Of a DNA stretch of 64,000 bases, positions 49,584-59,205 are shown in pieces; position 1 is the stretch's first letter; every line of letters starts with the position of its first letter. The stretch comes from an uncultured archaeon (GTDB lineage Archaea > Altiarchaeota > Altiarchaeia > IMC4 > SCGC-AAA252-I15). The notes under the pieces were generated by a model. The model made no database searches and was not told the origin of the DNA. It saw only the letters and a program-made list of their open reading frames with translations. Location of the stretch: contig CAZPLO010000001.1 of assembly GCA_964587725.1 (NCBI GenBank), forward strand, positions 151,208 through 215,207, given 5' to 3'. The position numbers were made by a program, and so were the translations under genes.

Positions 49584-50618
49584 ATGGCCAAGCCGAAGAA
49601 GAAGCCCGACACATACGCGAAGGCGGGCGTCGACCTCCGACGGGAGGACCGGGCCGTGAAGAACATCAACCGGTGGGTGACGAAGACGTTCTGCTTCAGG
49701 GAGGACAAGCTCGGCTGCGTACTGCATGAGAACAAGTCGTTCGCCAACCTCATAGACTTCGGCGAATACGCGCTGGCGTTCGCCATGGACGGCGTAGGCA
49801 GCAAGGTTCTGGTGGCGCAGGAGCTCGGAAAATACGACACAGTGGGCGTAGACTGCATAGCCATGAACGTCAACGACATCATATGCGTCGGCGCGGAACC
49901 CATCACCATGGTCGACTACCTAGCCATGGAAGCCACCGACGACGAGATAGCGAAGGATATATCGGTCGGACTGTATGAGGGCGCGAAACAGGCAGGTATT
50001 GCAATAGTCGGCGGTGAGACGGCTTCGCTGCCGGAGATAATAACCGGTGTCCGGGGCAGGGGCTTCGACTTGGCGGCTGCGGTGATGGGGTATGTGAAGA
50101 GGGAGAAGATAATAACCGGGGAGAAGGTGAAGGCGGGAGACGCCGTGCTGGGCTTCAGAAGCTCCGGCATACACAGCAACGGACTGACACTGGCTAGGAA
50201 GGTTGTGCCGAGGAACATGTGGGTGAACCTTCTGACGCCCACGAGGATATACGTGAAGGAGGTGCTGGAGCTCATAAACAACTACGACGTCCATGGTCTA
50301 GTGAACGTCACCGGCGGAGGATTCCTCAACCTCATGCGGCTGGGGGAGGTCGGGTTCCGGCTGGACAACATGCCAGAGCCACAGATGATATTCAAGAAGA
50401 TACAGGAGGCGGGAAAAATATCCAACGAGGAGATGTACAAGACGTTCAACATGGGAGTGGGGTTCTGCGCCGTAGTGTCTGAAGAGGATGCTGACGCGAT
50501 AACGGACAAATACGGCAGCGAATACGAGCTCACCAGAATCGGGACGGTGGTTGAGGAGCCAGGGGTCACTGTGGTGAGGAAAAACGTGGAAATAAAACTG
50601 TCCAGAACCATTTATTAG
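49584..50618 (+). CDS. purM: AIR synthetase
   Basis: YAKAGVD, DGVGSK, MNVND, GGETA, SSGIHSNG, TFNMGVG. Confidence 0.96.
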   Translation: MAKPKKKPDTYAKAGVDLRREDRAVKNINRWVTKTFCFREDKLGCVLHENKSFANLIDFGEYALAFAMDGVGSKVLVAQELGKYDTVGVDCIAMNVNDIICVGAEPITMVDYLAMEATDDEIAKDISVGLYEGAKQAGIAIVGGETASLPEIITGVRGRGFDLAAAVMGYVKREKIITGEKVKAGDAVLGFRSSGIHSNGLTLARKVVPRNMWVNLLTPTRIYVKEVLELINNYDVHGLVNVTGGGFLNLMRLGEVGFRLDNMPEPQMIFKKIQEAGKISNEEMYKTFNMGVGFCAVVSEEDADAITDKYGSEYELTRIGTVVEEPGVTVVRKNVEIKLSRTIY

Positions 50619-50631
50619 CGGGGTGAAAAAC

Positions 50632-51552
50632 ATGCCGATTAAGAAAACCGACAAAATATGGGTGAACGGGGACATGGTGGACTGGGACAAAGCCCAGACC
50701 CACATACTGACGCACGCCCTCCACTACGGAAGCGGCGTCTTCGAAGGCATACGGTGCTACAAAACCGTCAAGGGGCCGGCTGTGTTCCGCCTGCTGGAGC
50801 ACGTGGAGCGGCTGTTCAACTCCGCCAAACTCTACTACATGGAGGTACCGTACAGCGTCGAGGAAATAGAGGACGCGACAAAGGAGCTGATAAAGGAGAA
50901 CGGCTTGGACGCATGCTACATAAGGCCGATAGTGTACAGGGGCTACGGGGAGATGGGGTTGAACCCTCTGAATTCGCCGGTGGACGTTGCGATAGCGGTG
51001 TGGCCGTGGGGCACATACCTCGGCGAGGAAGGCTTGAAGAAGGGGATACGGGTCATGATATCGTCTGTGGAACGGTTCAACACCAACATCGTGCCCACGA
51101 GGGCGAAGGCCACCGGACAGTACATAAACAGCATACTAGCGAAACTCCAGTCCCTTAACGCAGGCTACGATGAAGCCATCATGCTCGACAACCGAGGGAT
51201 GGTCTCTGAAGGGCCGGGCGAGAACGTATTCGCTGTCCGCGGCGGCATACTGTACACGCCGCCGGAGCACGCCAGCCTGTTGATGGGCATAACCAGGGAC
51301 AGCGTCATAAAGGTGGCGGGGAGCATGAGCATAGAGGTAGTGGAGACTGACATGGACAGGGGCATGCTCTACACGGCCGACGAAGTTTTCTTCACAGGAA
51401 CCGCCGCAGAAGTAACGCCGATACGTGAGATAGACGGACACGCCATAGGCAAGGGTAAGCCGGGGCCGGTGACGAAGCAGATACAGGAGAAGTTCTTCGA
51501 AATAGTCGAAGGCAAGGACCAGGAATACGGGAAGTGGCTCGCATACATTTGA
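50632..51552 (+). CDS. ilvE: Branched-chain amino acid aminotransferase
   Basis: HALHYGSGVFEG, AKATGQY, EGPGEN, GITR, GTAAEV. Confidence 0.95.
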   Translation: MPIKKTDKIWVNGDMVDWDKAQTHILTHALHYGSGVFEGIRCYKTVKGPAVFRLLEHVERLFNSAKLYYMEVPYSVEEIEDATKELIKENGLDACYIRPIVYRGYGEMGLNPLNSPVDVAIAVWPWGTYLGEEGLKKGIRVMISSVERFNTNIVPTRAKATGQYINSILAKLQSLNAGYDEAIMLDNRGMVSEGPGENVFAVRGGILYTPPEHASLLMGITRDSVIKVAGSMSIEVVETDMDRGMLYTADEVFFTGTAAEVTPIREIDGHAIGKGKPGPVTKQIQEKFFEIVEGKDQEYGKWLAYI

Positions 51553-51553
51553 G

Positions 51554-52543
51554 ATGAAGGTCTGCCTATACGGTGAACTCAACCGGGTGCTCAAGGGCAG
51601 CGGCATAGGAAGTGCCATAGAGCACCAGCGGAAGTCCCTGGAACTCAACGGCGTGGAGGTGACGAGAAGCCACCGCGACAAATTCGACTTGATAGACATA
51701 AACACCATCGGCCCCCGCTCAGCGTATGTGGCGCAGAAGATGCGGTGGAAGGGCATCCCCGTGGTCATGCACACCCACACCACCGTCGAAGACATGAAAG
51801 ACAGCTTCAAGTTCAGCACCAGGCTGGCGCCGAAGCTGAGGAAGTATCTCCGGTTCTTCTACGACCAAGCCGACCTCCTCATATCCCCGTCTGAATACAC
51901 GAGGGAGGTGGTGAGGGGATACGGGGTTGAACGCGACATAAAGGTTATAAGCAACGGCGTCGACTTCGACCGGTTCACCATGGACGAGGACGCCCGGAAC
52001 AGGTACCGGAAAAAATACGGTTTAGAGGGCATAGTCCCCTTCACTGTCGGCCACGTGTTCAAGAGGAAGGGAGTGCTGGAGTTCATGGACGTCGCGAAGG
52101 AGTTCCCCGACAACAAATTCATATGGGTTGGGCGCACATACAAGGACCTGGGCGGCAAGGAGGTGAAGAACATCGTAGAAAACCCGCCCGCGAACGTGAT
52201 GTTCACGGGATACGTCCGCGACATCGTGGCCGCATACTGCTGCGGAGACATATTCCTGTTCCCAAGCTGGTGCGAAAATCAGGGCATCAGCATACTGGAG
52301 GCCGCCGCCTGCGGCCACCCCCTGCTGCTACGTGACCTGCCCACATACGAGGGGTGGCTGGAAGACGGCGTGAACTGCCTTAAGGCCGGAGACAACGACG
52401 AGTTCAAACGCAAGCTGAAGGCACTTATAGAGGATGAGGGGTTGAGGAGTGAATTGGGTGAGAAGGCCTTGGAGATGGCGAGGGAACACCGGCTGGAATT
52501 TATAGGCGCTGAACTCAAGCACGCGTACGAGACGGTACTGTAA
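51554..52543 (+). CDS. GT4 glycosyltransferase
   Basis: SGIG, H.HTT.ED, SNG, RKG, ENQGISILEA. Confidence 0.9.
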   Translation: MKVCLYGELNRVLKGSGIGSAIEHQRKSLELNGVEVTRSHRDKFDLIDINTIGPRSAYVAQKMRWKGIPVVMHTHTTVEDMKDSFKFSTRLAPKLRKYLRFFYDQADLLISPSEYTREVVRGYGVERDIKVISNGVDFDRFTMDEDARNRYRKKYGLEGIVPFTVGHVFKRKGVLEFMDVAKEFPDNKFIWVGRTYKDLGGKEVKNIVENPPANVMFTGYVRDIVAAYCCGDIFLFPSWCENQGISILEAAACGHPLLLRDLPTYEGWLEDGVNCLKAGDNDEFKRKLKALIEDEGLRSELGEKALEMAREHRLEFIGAELKHAYETVL

Positions 52544-52544
52544 G

Positions 52545-53633
52545 ATGAACATCGGATTCTTCACGGACACGTACTTTCCGCAGGTCAACGGGGTGACATT
52601 CACGCTGGAGGCGTGGAGGCATAGGTTGGAGGAACGCGGGCACAATGTGTGGATATACTATCCAGACGGCGACTACCAGCCGGGGGAGCGGGAGATACCG
52701 TTCAAGTCGGTTGAGTTTTCTTTCTACAGGGGATACAGGATTGCGCTGCCGATGCGGATAGCCAAGCACACCCGGCAGCTGGATGTGGTCCACGAACACG
52801 GCCTCTACGGGATGGCCATAGCCGGGTGGATGGCGTCCAGAGCCCACAAAATACCGAAGGTGCTGACCTTCCACACCCCCGGCGACGAATACCTCTGCTA
52901 TTTGACCAAGAACAGAATGCTGACTTCCGCGCTGTGCAGCGCCTACATGCTGTGGGAGAGAAAGCTTCTGAACTCCTTCAACCATGTTACGACGGCGTCG
53001 CCAGCGATAAAGGAACGACTGGACGCCAATGGCATCGGGGACGTGGAGGTGTTGAGCAACGGCATAGACCTGGGAGTATTCCACCACGCCGACCCTACAG
53101 GGTTCAAGAAAAAACAGGGGCTCGACGGTAAGGTAATCGGATTCTGCGGCCGCCTGGGCATCGAAAAACATTTGGAGGACCTGATTAACGCGGCAGACCG
53201 GTTCGACGGCACCGTGCTCATAGCAGGCAAGGGCCCGGCGGAGGAGCATTACAAGAAGCTGGCTGAAGGCAGAGAGAACGTCAGGTTCCTCGGGTTCTTA
53301 GACCGGGATACGTTGAGACACTTCTATTCCGCGTTAGACGTGTTCGTGTTCCCCAGCGTCGCCGAAACCCAGGGGCTGGTGGCGTTGGAGGCGATGGCCT
53401 GCGGGACCCCGGTGGTCGGCGTGCCGGTACTGGCATTGAAGAACACCATAGAAGACGGCGTCACCGGTTATCATTACAGTAGAGGGGACGTCGGAGACCT
53501 GCTGGAGAAGGTGGAGAAAGCGTACGATAACATGGACGGGCTGTCCATAAACTGTTTGAAGGAGGCGGAAAACAATTCAGTCGACAAGACAGTCGACCGG
53601 TTGGAGGAACTCTACACGGGACTCACACGGTAG
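52545..53633 (+). CDS. GT4 glycosyltransferase (MGlcDAG-synthase-like)
   Basis: FTDTYFPQVNGV, TFHT, GRLGIEK, ETQGLVALEA. Confidence 0.9.
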   Translation: MNIGFFTDTYFPQVNGVTFTLEAWRHRLEERGHNVWIYYPDGDYQPGEREIPFKSVEFSFYRGYRIALPMRIAKHTRQLDVVHEHGLYGMAIAGWMASRAHKIPKVLTFHTPGDEYLCYLTKNRMLTSALCSAYMLWERKLLNSFNHVTTASPAIKERLDANGIGDVEVLSNGIDLGVFHHADPTGFKKKQGLDGKVIGFCGRLGIEKHLEDLINAADRFDGTVLIAGKGPAEEHYKKLAEGRENVRFLGFLDRDTLRHFYSALDVFVFPSVAETQGLVALEAMACGTPVVGVPVLALKNTIEDGVTGYHYSRGDVGDLLEKVEKAYDNMDGLSINCLKEAENNSVDKTVDRLEELYTGLTR

Positions 53634-54639
53634 GGCGGTCCACCAGCTTCATAACGTTCAACCCCACGTGCAGCGAAGACAGGAACCCCGTGAACAGCGG
53701 CAGCCAATAGAACAGCAGGCGGTCCACCAAGGTTATCGCAACCGCCGCCTCCAACGGCAGGCCGAAGAAGGTGAACAACGCCGCCCCCGTCCACTCCCAC
53801 AGACCCAGTGCGCCGGGCAGCAGGGGCAGGATGCTTATGGTCAGCAGAACAGCATACACTATCACCACCACCTCAAAGTCCAGTGACACACCCACTGCCA
53901 TGAAGATCATGTACACCCGTAGGAGGCTCAGCACCCATACGGACGCTGAGATTATCAGGGCGACGGTGAGGGTCCAGTAGTCGGTCATGGTGTTGCGTAT
54001 GCTCCGGTGGAAACTTCCAAGAAGCTCCTCCACACGCAACTCAACCCGCTTCACGTACTTCCTGATGGGGGCTATCCTTCCCAGAAGGCTGAGCAGTCTC
54101 TTGAGGAGCTTCATCGACGGCTCCCGGGTGGTGAGTATGCTGAAGGAGCTGGCGGTGAACGCGGCAATGAAAACCCCTATTATGGCAAGCAGCCAGGCTA
54201 TGCGTAGGTCTGCGCTGTACTTGAAAACCAAGAGTATTGCGGCTAGGTTCAGCAGAAGGACGGGGAGCATGCTGATGAACAAGTCCACCAAGACGGTGGC
54301 GAACGCCTTCTCCATCTTGATTTTGTCTATCTTGCTTATCACGTACGCCCGAACAGGCTCGCCACCTGCAAGGCTCACCGGCGTCACACTGTTGACCATG
54401 AACCCTATCAGCGACGTGTACAGCACGTTTCTGAAAGACACCGCGTAGCGGCGGACGACCACATACCATTTCAGCGACATCAGAAACATTATCAGCAGCT
54501 GCACCGCAACCAACGCCGCAGCCCACTCCAGACTAATCTTGGAAGTAATTCTGAAGAGTTCGTTGTAGTCTACGGTGTAGAACAGGGCCGCCAGCAACAA
54601 AATGCTCACTATGAACAGCGTCGCGCGCTTCCTGTACAT
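53623..54639 (-). CDS. LPG-synthase TM / UPF0104 flippase-like membrane protein
   Basis: NSVTP..GGEPVR, LPGALG..E, DRL. Confidence 0.85.
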   Translation of the reverse strand: MYRKRATLFIVSILLLAALFYTVDYNELFRITSKISLEWAAALVAVQLLIMFLMSLKWYVVVRRYAVSFRNVLYTSLIGFMVNSVTPVSLAGGEPVRAYVISKIDKIKMEKAFATVLVDLFISMLPVLLLNLAAILLVFKYSADLRIAWLLAIIGVFIAAFTASSFSILTTREPSMKLLKRLLSLLGRIAPIRKYVKRVELRVEELLGSFHRSIRNTMTDYWTLTVALIISASVWVLSLLRVYMIFMAVGVSLDFEVVVIVYAVLLTISILPLLPGALGLWEWTGAALFTFFGLPLEAAVAITLVDRLLFYWLPLFTGFLSSLHVGLNVMKLVDRPTV

Positions 54640-54671
54640 GCGTTAAATATGAAGTTGCAGGAATAAAACAG

Positions 54672-55349
54672 TCACCCCACGACGGTGCCCTTGAAGGCTT
54701 TGCCTTCGACTGCCGCACGCATGTTCTCTGTGTCGCGGCCGTCCAACACGACCGTCCTGATTCCGGAGCGTTTAATGGCCTTCAACGCGATATCATCCAG
54801 CAACGGGTATTCGCCGGCTTTACCCCCTTGGCCGGACAGCAGCTCCATGAGTCCGTCGACTGAAATCTTCTTCAGCGGTTTAGCGTCTTCATGCTCTTTT
54901 GGGTTTTTGTCGTATACGGCGTCGACGTTGCTGGCGTTCACGAACAACTCCGCCTTCAGCCAGTCAGCGAGAAGGGCGGCTACCGCGTCCGTGGAGTGTC
55001 CGGGTTCGGTGCCCCCCATAACCAGTATTTTGTCGCCTGTGAACGACTCCACCGCCTCCACCAATGAAGGGGGAATAGACTCCACTGCCCTGCCGCCCAA
55101 CGCGTCGGCTAGGGCGCGGGCGTTGTCCCGCGTAGCCTGTATGCCTATGTAGTCGCACTCCGCCCACGAAGCGCCTTTTTCGCGGGCCCCGGAGATTCTT
55201 CTCCTGGCTGGTCTCCCGCCGCCTACTACGACGGCAACCTCGTTGGCTTCGGACAGAGACGACAGGAAGCCGGCTGCCTTGCGAACGTAGGCTGCGTCTA
55301 TCTCATCCGGCGCCAGTATGCTTCCGCCTATGGAGAACACAACACGCAT
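54672..55349 (-). CDS. pyrH: UMP kinase
   Basis: SIGGS, VGGG..AR, D.IGI..TR, MGGTEPGHSTD, NVDAVYDKNP. Confidence 0.95.
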   Translation of the reverse strand: MRVVFSIGGSILAPDEIDAAYVRKAAGFLSSLSEANEVAVVVGGGRPARRRISGAREKGASWAECDYIGIQATRDNARALADALGGRAVESIPPSLVEAVESFTGDKILVMGGTEPGHSTDAVAALLADWLKAELFVNASNVDAVYDKNPKEHEDAKPLKKISVDGLMELLSGQGGKAGEYPLLDDIALKAIKRSGIRTVVLDGRDTENMRAAVEGKAFKGTVVG

Positions 55350-55391
55350 CCTGTATTTAATTTACGCCGGGTCATTTATAACGTGGTTGGC

Positions 55392-56285
55392 ATGGAACTC
55401 GACCTTCTAGTGTTCGGCGACACCGCGATAGACAACTTCTACCAGGTGGAGCGTCTGCCCGGGTTGAACGAAGCCAGCGACGTCACCAGGGGGAGGCGTT
55501 TCTACGGCGGCATGGGCGCCAACACCGCAGTGGTCGCAAAAAACCTGGGGTTGGACGTGGGGTTGGTGAGCGTCATCGGCACGGACGCCGACGACTACCG
55601 AAACTACATGAGCGGCCAGGGCATCCGACTTTACCTGAAAGGCATTTTCGGGGACACCACCAAGAGCATGTTCTACAAAACAAACGGAGACCAGATAAGC
55701 TTCTTCTACAAAGGAGTTACGGAGAAACTTGACGACCTCAACCCCCTGGAGGAGTGGGGGAGGCAGCTGACACGGGACGTGAAGGTGGTGTACATGGCGC
55801 GCACGTACCTGGGGCTGCAGAAACAGGTGGTGAAGACCTACAAAGACTGTTTGAAGGTGTATAACCCTGGATACGGGACGTTCAAGTTCCACAAGATACC
55901 GAGGGCGTTCAGGACGGTGATGAACGCGTCGAACATCGTCGTATTGAACCATCATGAACTCAGCCACCTCAGGAAGATAGGGTACAAGCTGAAGCTGAAG
56001 GGGGGGCAGAAGTTCATCATAACCCGGGGCTCCGACGGAGCCAGCGTCTACGCAGGAGACACTAAAGTCGACGTCCCAGCCTATGAAACCGCATCGGTGG
56101 ATGCCTCCGGCGCAGGAGACGCCTTCAACGCCGGATTCATAACCGGGCGGGTGAAAGGCCACGATATATATGAGAGCGTTAAATTAGGTAACGCCACCGC
56201 GTCATACATCGTGGAGGAATGGGGTTGCCAGACCAACCTTCCCACCTGGGAGCAGGTGGTTGAAAGGTACAATAAGATAAAATGA
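55392..56285 (+). CDS. PfkB/ribokinase-family (nucleoside) kinase
   Basis: YGGMGAN, ITRGSDG, VDASGAGDAF. Confidence 0.9.
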   Translation: MELDLLVFGDTAIDNFYQVERLPGLNEASDVTRGRRFYGGMGANTAVVAKNLGLDVGLVSVIGTDADDYRNYMSGQGIRLYLKGIFGDTTKSMFYKTNGDQISFFYKGVTEKLDDLNPLEEWGRQLTRDVKVVYMARTYLGLQKQVVKTYKDCLKVYNPGYGTFKFHKIPRAFRTVMNASNIVVLNHHELSHLRKIGYKLKLKGGQKFIITRGSDGASVYAGDTKVDVPAYETASVDASGAGDAFNAGFITGRVKGHDIYESVKLGNATASYIVEEWGCQTNLPTWEQVVERYNKIK

Positions 56286-57277
56286 GCAAGTGGATTGCGG
56301 TCGACGCGGTGGAGGAGTCGTTCGACAGGACGAAGGAGCTGCTGTTGCCGTTGAAGCTGGGTTTCTGGCTGAAACTCGCATTGGTGGTGGTGCTGGTCGA
56401 GGGACTGAGCATGGGGGACAGCCAGAACATCGTTAACGAAGGCGGGGGCCTTGGCCCCGCCGCCGTGGCTTTTATTGCCGTGATGGTCGCTGTCGCACTG
56501 TTCATCGGTCTCATATTCTCGTATGTGTCGGCGGTGATGCAGTTTGAATACGTCAACGCACTAGTAAGGAAGGAAATACGTTTGATTGCGGGTTTTAAAC
56601 GGTACGCTGGCGAAGGCCTGCGGCTGTTCCTGTTCCAGGTGGGGGCTGGACTGGTTTTTGTCGTGTTGTTGGTTGCCGCGGCTCTGGCGGGAGTGTTCGT
56701 AGCCGCGGCGGTCAACAACAACTTGTTCAATCTGGCGTTGATAGTATTGGGGGTAATCCTGGTCATATTCTCGGCTATAGCCTTCACCCTGGTGATGTGG
56801 TCTGTGACCGAGTTCGTTGTCCCACTAGTGTACGCGAAAGGCATAGGTTTACTGGACGGGCTGCGGGAGGTGAAGTCCCTTGTGGAAGCGGATTTCTGGC
56901 AGTTCATCGTCTACCTGGGGCTGAAGTTTCTACTGGGTCTGGTGGCGGGCATCGTGGTGTTCGCAATAAGCTTCGTGTTCTTCCTAGGACTGTTCGGGGG
57001 GGCGGCTTTGGTGGGCTTAGGAGCATACCTGGGTTTAAGCAGCTTCGGGTCCGTTGGGGGAGGCGTTACGGCCGCGTTGATTGTGACTGGGGTTCTGACC
57101 CTGATGTTGCTGACTCTAGTGGTCAGGTACGTGGTCACATGCATAACATTACCGGTCAGCGTGTTCTTCAGATACTACGGTCTGGTGTTCCTCCAGCGGC
57201 TTAACGTAGTTGATTTATTTAAGCCCGTTGAAAAAGATAAACCTGAGAAACTTGAAGACAGTGTGAGGGTGTATTAA
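56282..57277 (+). CDS. Conserved archaeal multi-pass membrane protein
   Basis: RTKELL...FWLKLA N-terminus, FVVP, FFRYY; about 6 TM. Confidence 0.75.
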   Translation: MSKWIAVDAVEESFDRTKELLLPLKLGFWLKLALVVVLVEGLSMGDSQNIVNEGGGLGPAAVAFIAVMVAVALFIGLIFSYVSAVMQFEYVNALVRKEIRLIAGFKRYAGEGLRLFLFQVGAGLVFVVLLVAAALAGVFVAAAVNNNLFNLALIVLGVILVIFSAIAFTLVMWSVTEFVVPLVYAKGIGLLDGLREVKSLVEADFWQFIVYLGLKFLLGLVAGIVVFAISFVFFLGLFGGAALVGLGAYLGLSSFGSVGGGVTAALIVTGVLTLMLLTLVVRYVVTCITLPVSVFFRYYGLVFLQRLNVVDLFKPVEKDKPEKLEDSVRVY

Positions 57278-57278
57278 G

Positions 57279-58292
57279 TTGAAGGCTTTGGTTGTCGGGG
57301 GTTCAGGTTACACGGGGGGGGAGTTACTCCGGATACTGGTGAACCATCCGCGGGTGGATGGGTTGGAGACGACGTCGAGGACGTACGCGGGACACCCCGT
57401 GTCCAACGTCCATCCGAACCTCCGCGGCGTAATGGACGCCGAATTCAAGGAATACAAGCCCGGGAGGGAGGACGCGGACGTCGTGTTCCTGGCGCTGCCG
57501 CACGGCCAGAGCATGGAGTACGCCCCGAAGATACTGGATAAAGGCATAAAGCTGGTGGACTTGAGCGCCGATTACCGGATAAAAGACCGGGGGACGTACG
57601 AGAAGTATTACGTGAAACACAAGAACCCGGAGCTGCTTGAAAATGCGGTTTACGGGCTGCCGGAGCTGTTCAGAGAAGACATCATCGGGTGTGATTTCGT
57701 GGCCAACCCCGGCTGCTACACCACCGCAGCCATACTGTCTCTCGCCCCTATGGCGGATTATAAAAACAGGATAGAGCCGGGAAGGATTATAGTGGATGCG
57801 AAGAGCGGAACCTCCGGAGCCGGAGCCAAGCCGTCGGAGTTCCTACACCATCCGGAAGTGGACGGAAATCTGAAGCCGTATAAGGTGGTGGGGCACCGCC
57901 ACCAGCCGGAGATAGACCACGTTCTCAATCAGCTGCTGCCGGGGGTGAGCGTTTCGTTCACACCCACGCTGGTGCCGGTGGAACGCGGCATCGTATCTAA
58001 CGCGCACGTGTTCGGGGGCCTCGACGGAGTGGACCTGCAGGAACACTACCGTGGATACTACAGTGGAGAGCGGTTCATCCGCATAGTGGAAACGGCGCAT
58101 AGCAAGAGCACGCTGCACTCCAACTACTGCGACATCTCAACGCACTACGACGGCGAAAAACACCGCGCAGTCTTGATTGCGGCATTGGATAATCTGGTGA
58201 AGGGCGCCGCCGGCCAGGCGGTGCAGAATATGAACATTATGATGAAGTACGCTGAAGACGAGGGCCTTAATGCGGTGGGCCCCCACCCCTAG
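57279..58292 (+). CDS. argC: N-acetyl-gamma-glutamyl-phosphate reductase
   Basis: GGSGYTG, DLSADYR, ANPGCY, HRHQPE, DNLVKGAAGQA. Confidence 0.95.
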   Translation: MKALVVGGSGYTGGELLRILVNHPRVDGLETTSRTYAGHPVSNVHPNLRGVMDAEFKEYKPGREDADVVFLALPHGQSMEYAPKILDKGIKLVDLSADYRIKDRGTYEKYYVKHKNPELLENAVYGLPELFREDIIGCDFVANPGCYTTAAILSLAPMADYKNRIEPGRIIVDAKSGTSGAGAKPSEFLHHPEVDGNLKPYKVVGHRHQPEIDHVLNQLLPGVSVSFTPTLVPVERGIVSNAHVFGGLDGVDLQEHYRGYYSGERFIRIVETAHSKSTLHSNYCDISTHYDGEKHRAVLIAALDNLVKGAAGQAVQNMNIMMKYAEDEGLNAVGPHP

Positions 58293-58444
58293 TCGTCCCA
58301 GTAGGTTTCCTCGTAGAAGAACTCCTCTTCCTTTCCACCCCACAGGTCCTCATCCACGGAGTCTGGTTTCCGGACCCGGTTCCTGGTGAGTATCTTATCT
58401 GCTTCCCGGGAGACAGGAGCCCGCTTCTTTTTCCTGTCGGCCAT
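58289..58444 (-). CDS. Small 51-aa protein (absent from ORF track)
   Basis: MADRKKKRAPVSREADKILTRNRVRKPDSVDEDLWGGKEEEFFYEETYWDD; TTTTATA box about 33 nt upstream; stop overlaps argC stop. Confidence 0.55.
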   Translation of the reverse strand: MADRKKKRAPVSREADKILTRNRVRKPDSVDEDLWGGKEEEFFYEETYWDD

Positions 58445-58497
58445 TGTGGTAACCGTTTACCTATGGAACAGGTCTGCTATAAAAGTCTTTAGAAACC

Positions 58498-58560
58498 GGG
58501 GGAAGACCGGCGGAGTATTTCATCCGCCGGCTCCCAAGGGTTGTAGTAATAAGGGTGAAC
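58498..58560 (-). ncRNA. Candidate small structured RNA
   Basis: Stem CCGGCGGA/TCCGCCGG (58507-58530) extendable with bulges; minus-strand TTTTTTAA box at 58582-58589. Confidence 0.25.
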
Positions 58561-58660
58561 AGTAGGATATGTGAACGACCGTTAAAAAAGTTTCCGTAGT
58601 GCCTAAAAATTTTCTCAATAATTGAGAGGACCGTTGCAATAGTTCATACTCATATGTAGT

Positions 58661-59164
58661 CTAAACGTTATATCTGTCGGCGAAGGACACATCCTCCACC
58701 GACTTTTTTGGTTTGTGAGCGGCTTCGCCAGAGGGATACCCTGCGGACACCAGAGACACCAGAGTATACTCCTCTAGGACGTTCAGAAGCTTCCGAACGT
58801 CTTCGGCGTAGGCTTTCTTGTCGCCCGCCACCCAGCATGTGCCGAGTCCATGGGCTCCGCAGGCCAGTATCACGTTCATGGTGGCGGCGCAGCCGTCCTC
58901 CAGATAGTATTTCTCGTCACGCAGGGTGAAAACGGCGAAACAGACGCCTGCAGCCGCTATGAAGCCTCCGTAATCCGCCAGCGAACCGAGTTTCCCCAGT
59001 AGGCTCCGGTCCCTGACGGCCCCGATGAGCCACGGCTGCGCGTTGCGGGCGGTCGGCGCCAGACGCGCGCAATCCAAGACATCCTCCACCACATCGTCCC
59101 CTATTTCATCGTCGGTGTATAATCGGACGCTCCTCCTATTCTTCAGATAATCCAGCAAATCCAT
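58661..59164 (-). CDS. Nitroreductase family protein
   Basis: RRSVR, APTARNAQPW, N..LA..A.GLGTCWV, GYP. Confidence 0.92.
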   Translation of the reverse strand: MDLLDYLKNRRSVRLYTDDEIGDDVVEDVLDCARLAPTARNAQPWLIGAVRDRSLLGKLGSLADYGGFIAAAGVCFAVFTLRDEKYYLEDGCAATMNVILACGAHGLGTCWVAGDKKAYAEDVRKLLNVLEEYTLVSLVSAGYPSGEAAHKPKKSVEDVSFADRYNV

Positions 59165-59205
59165 AACTGAGATTAATATTACGCATATTAAACGGTTGGG
59201 AGGTC

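Noticed and set aside
58498-58535. Hairpin as an archaeal SECIS element
   Set aside because: No gene with an in-frame UGA was found nearby
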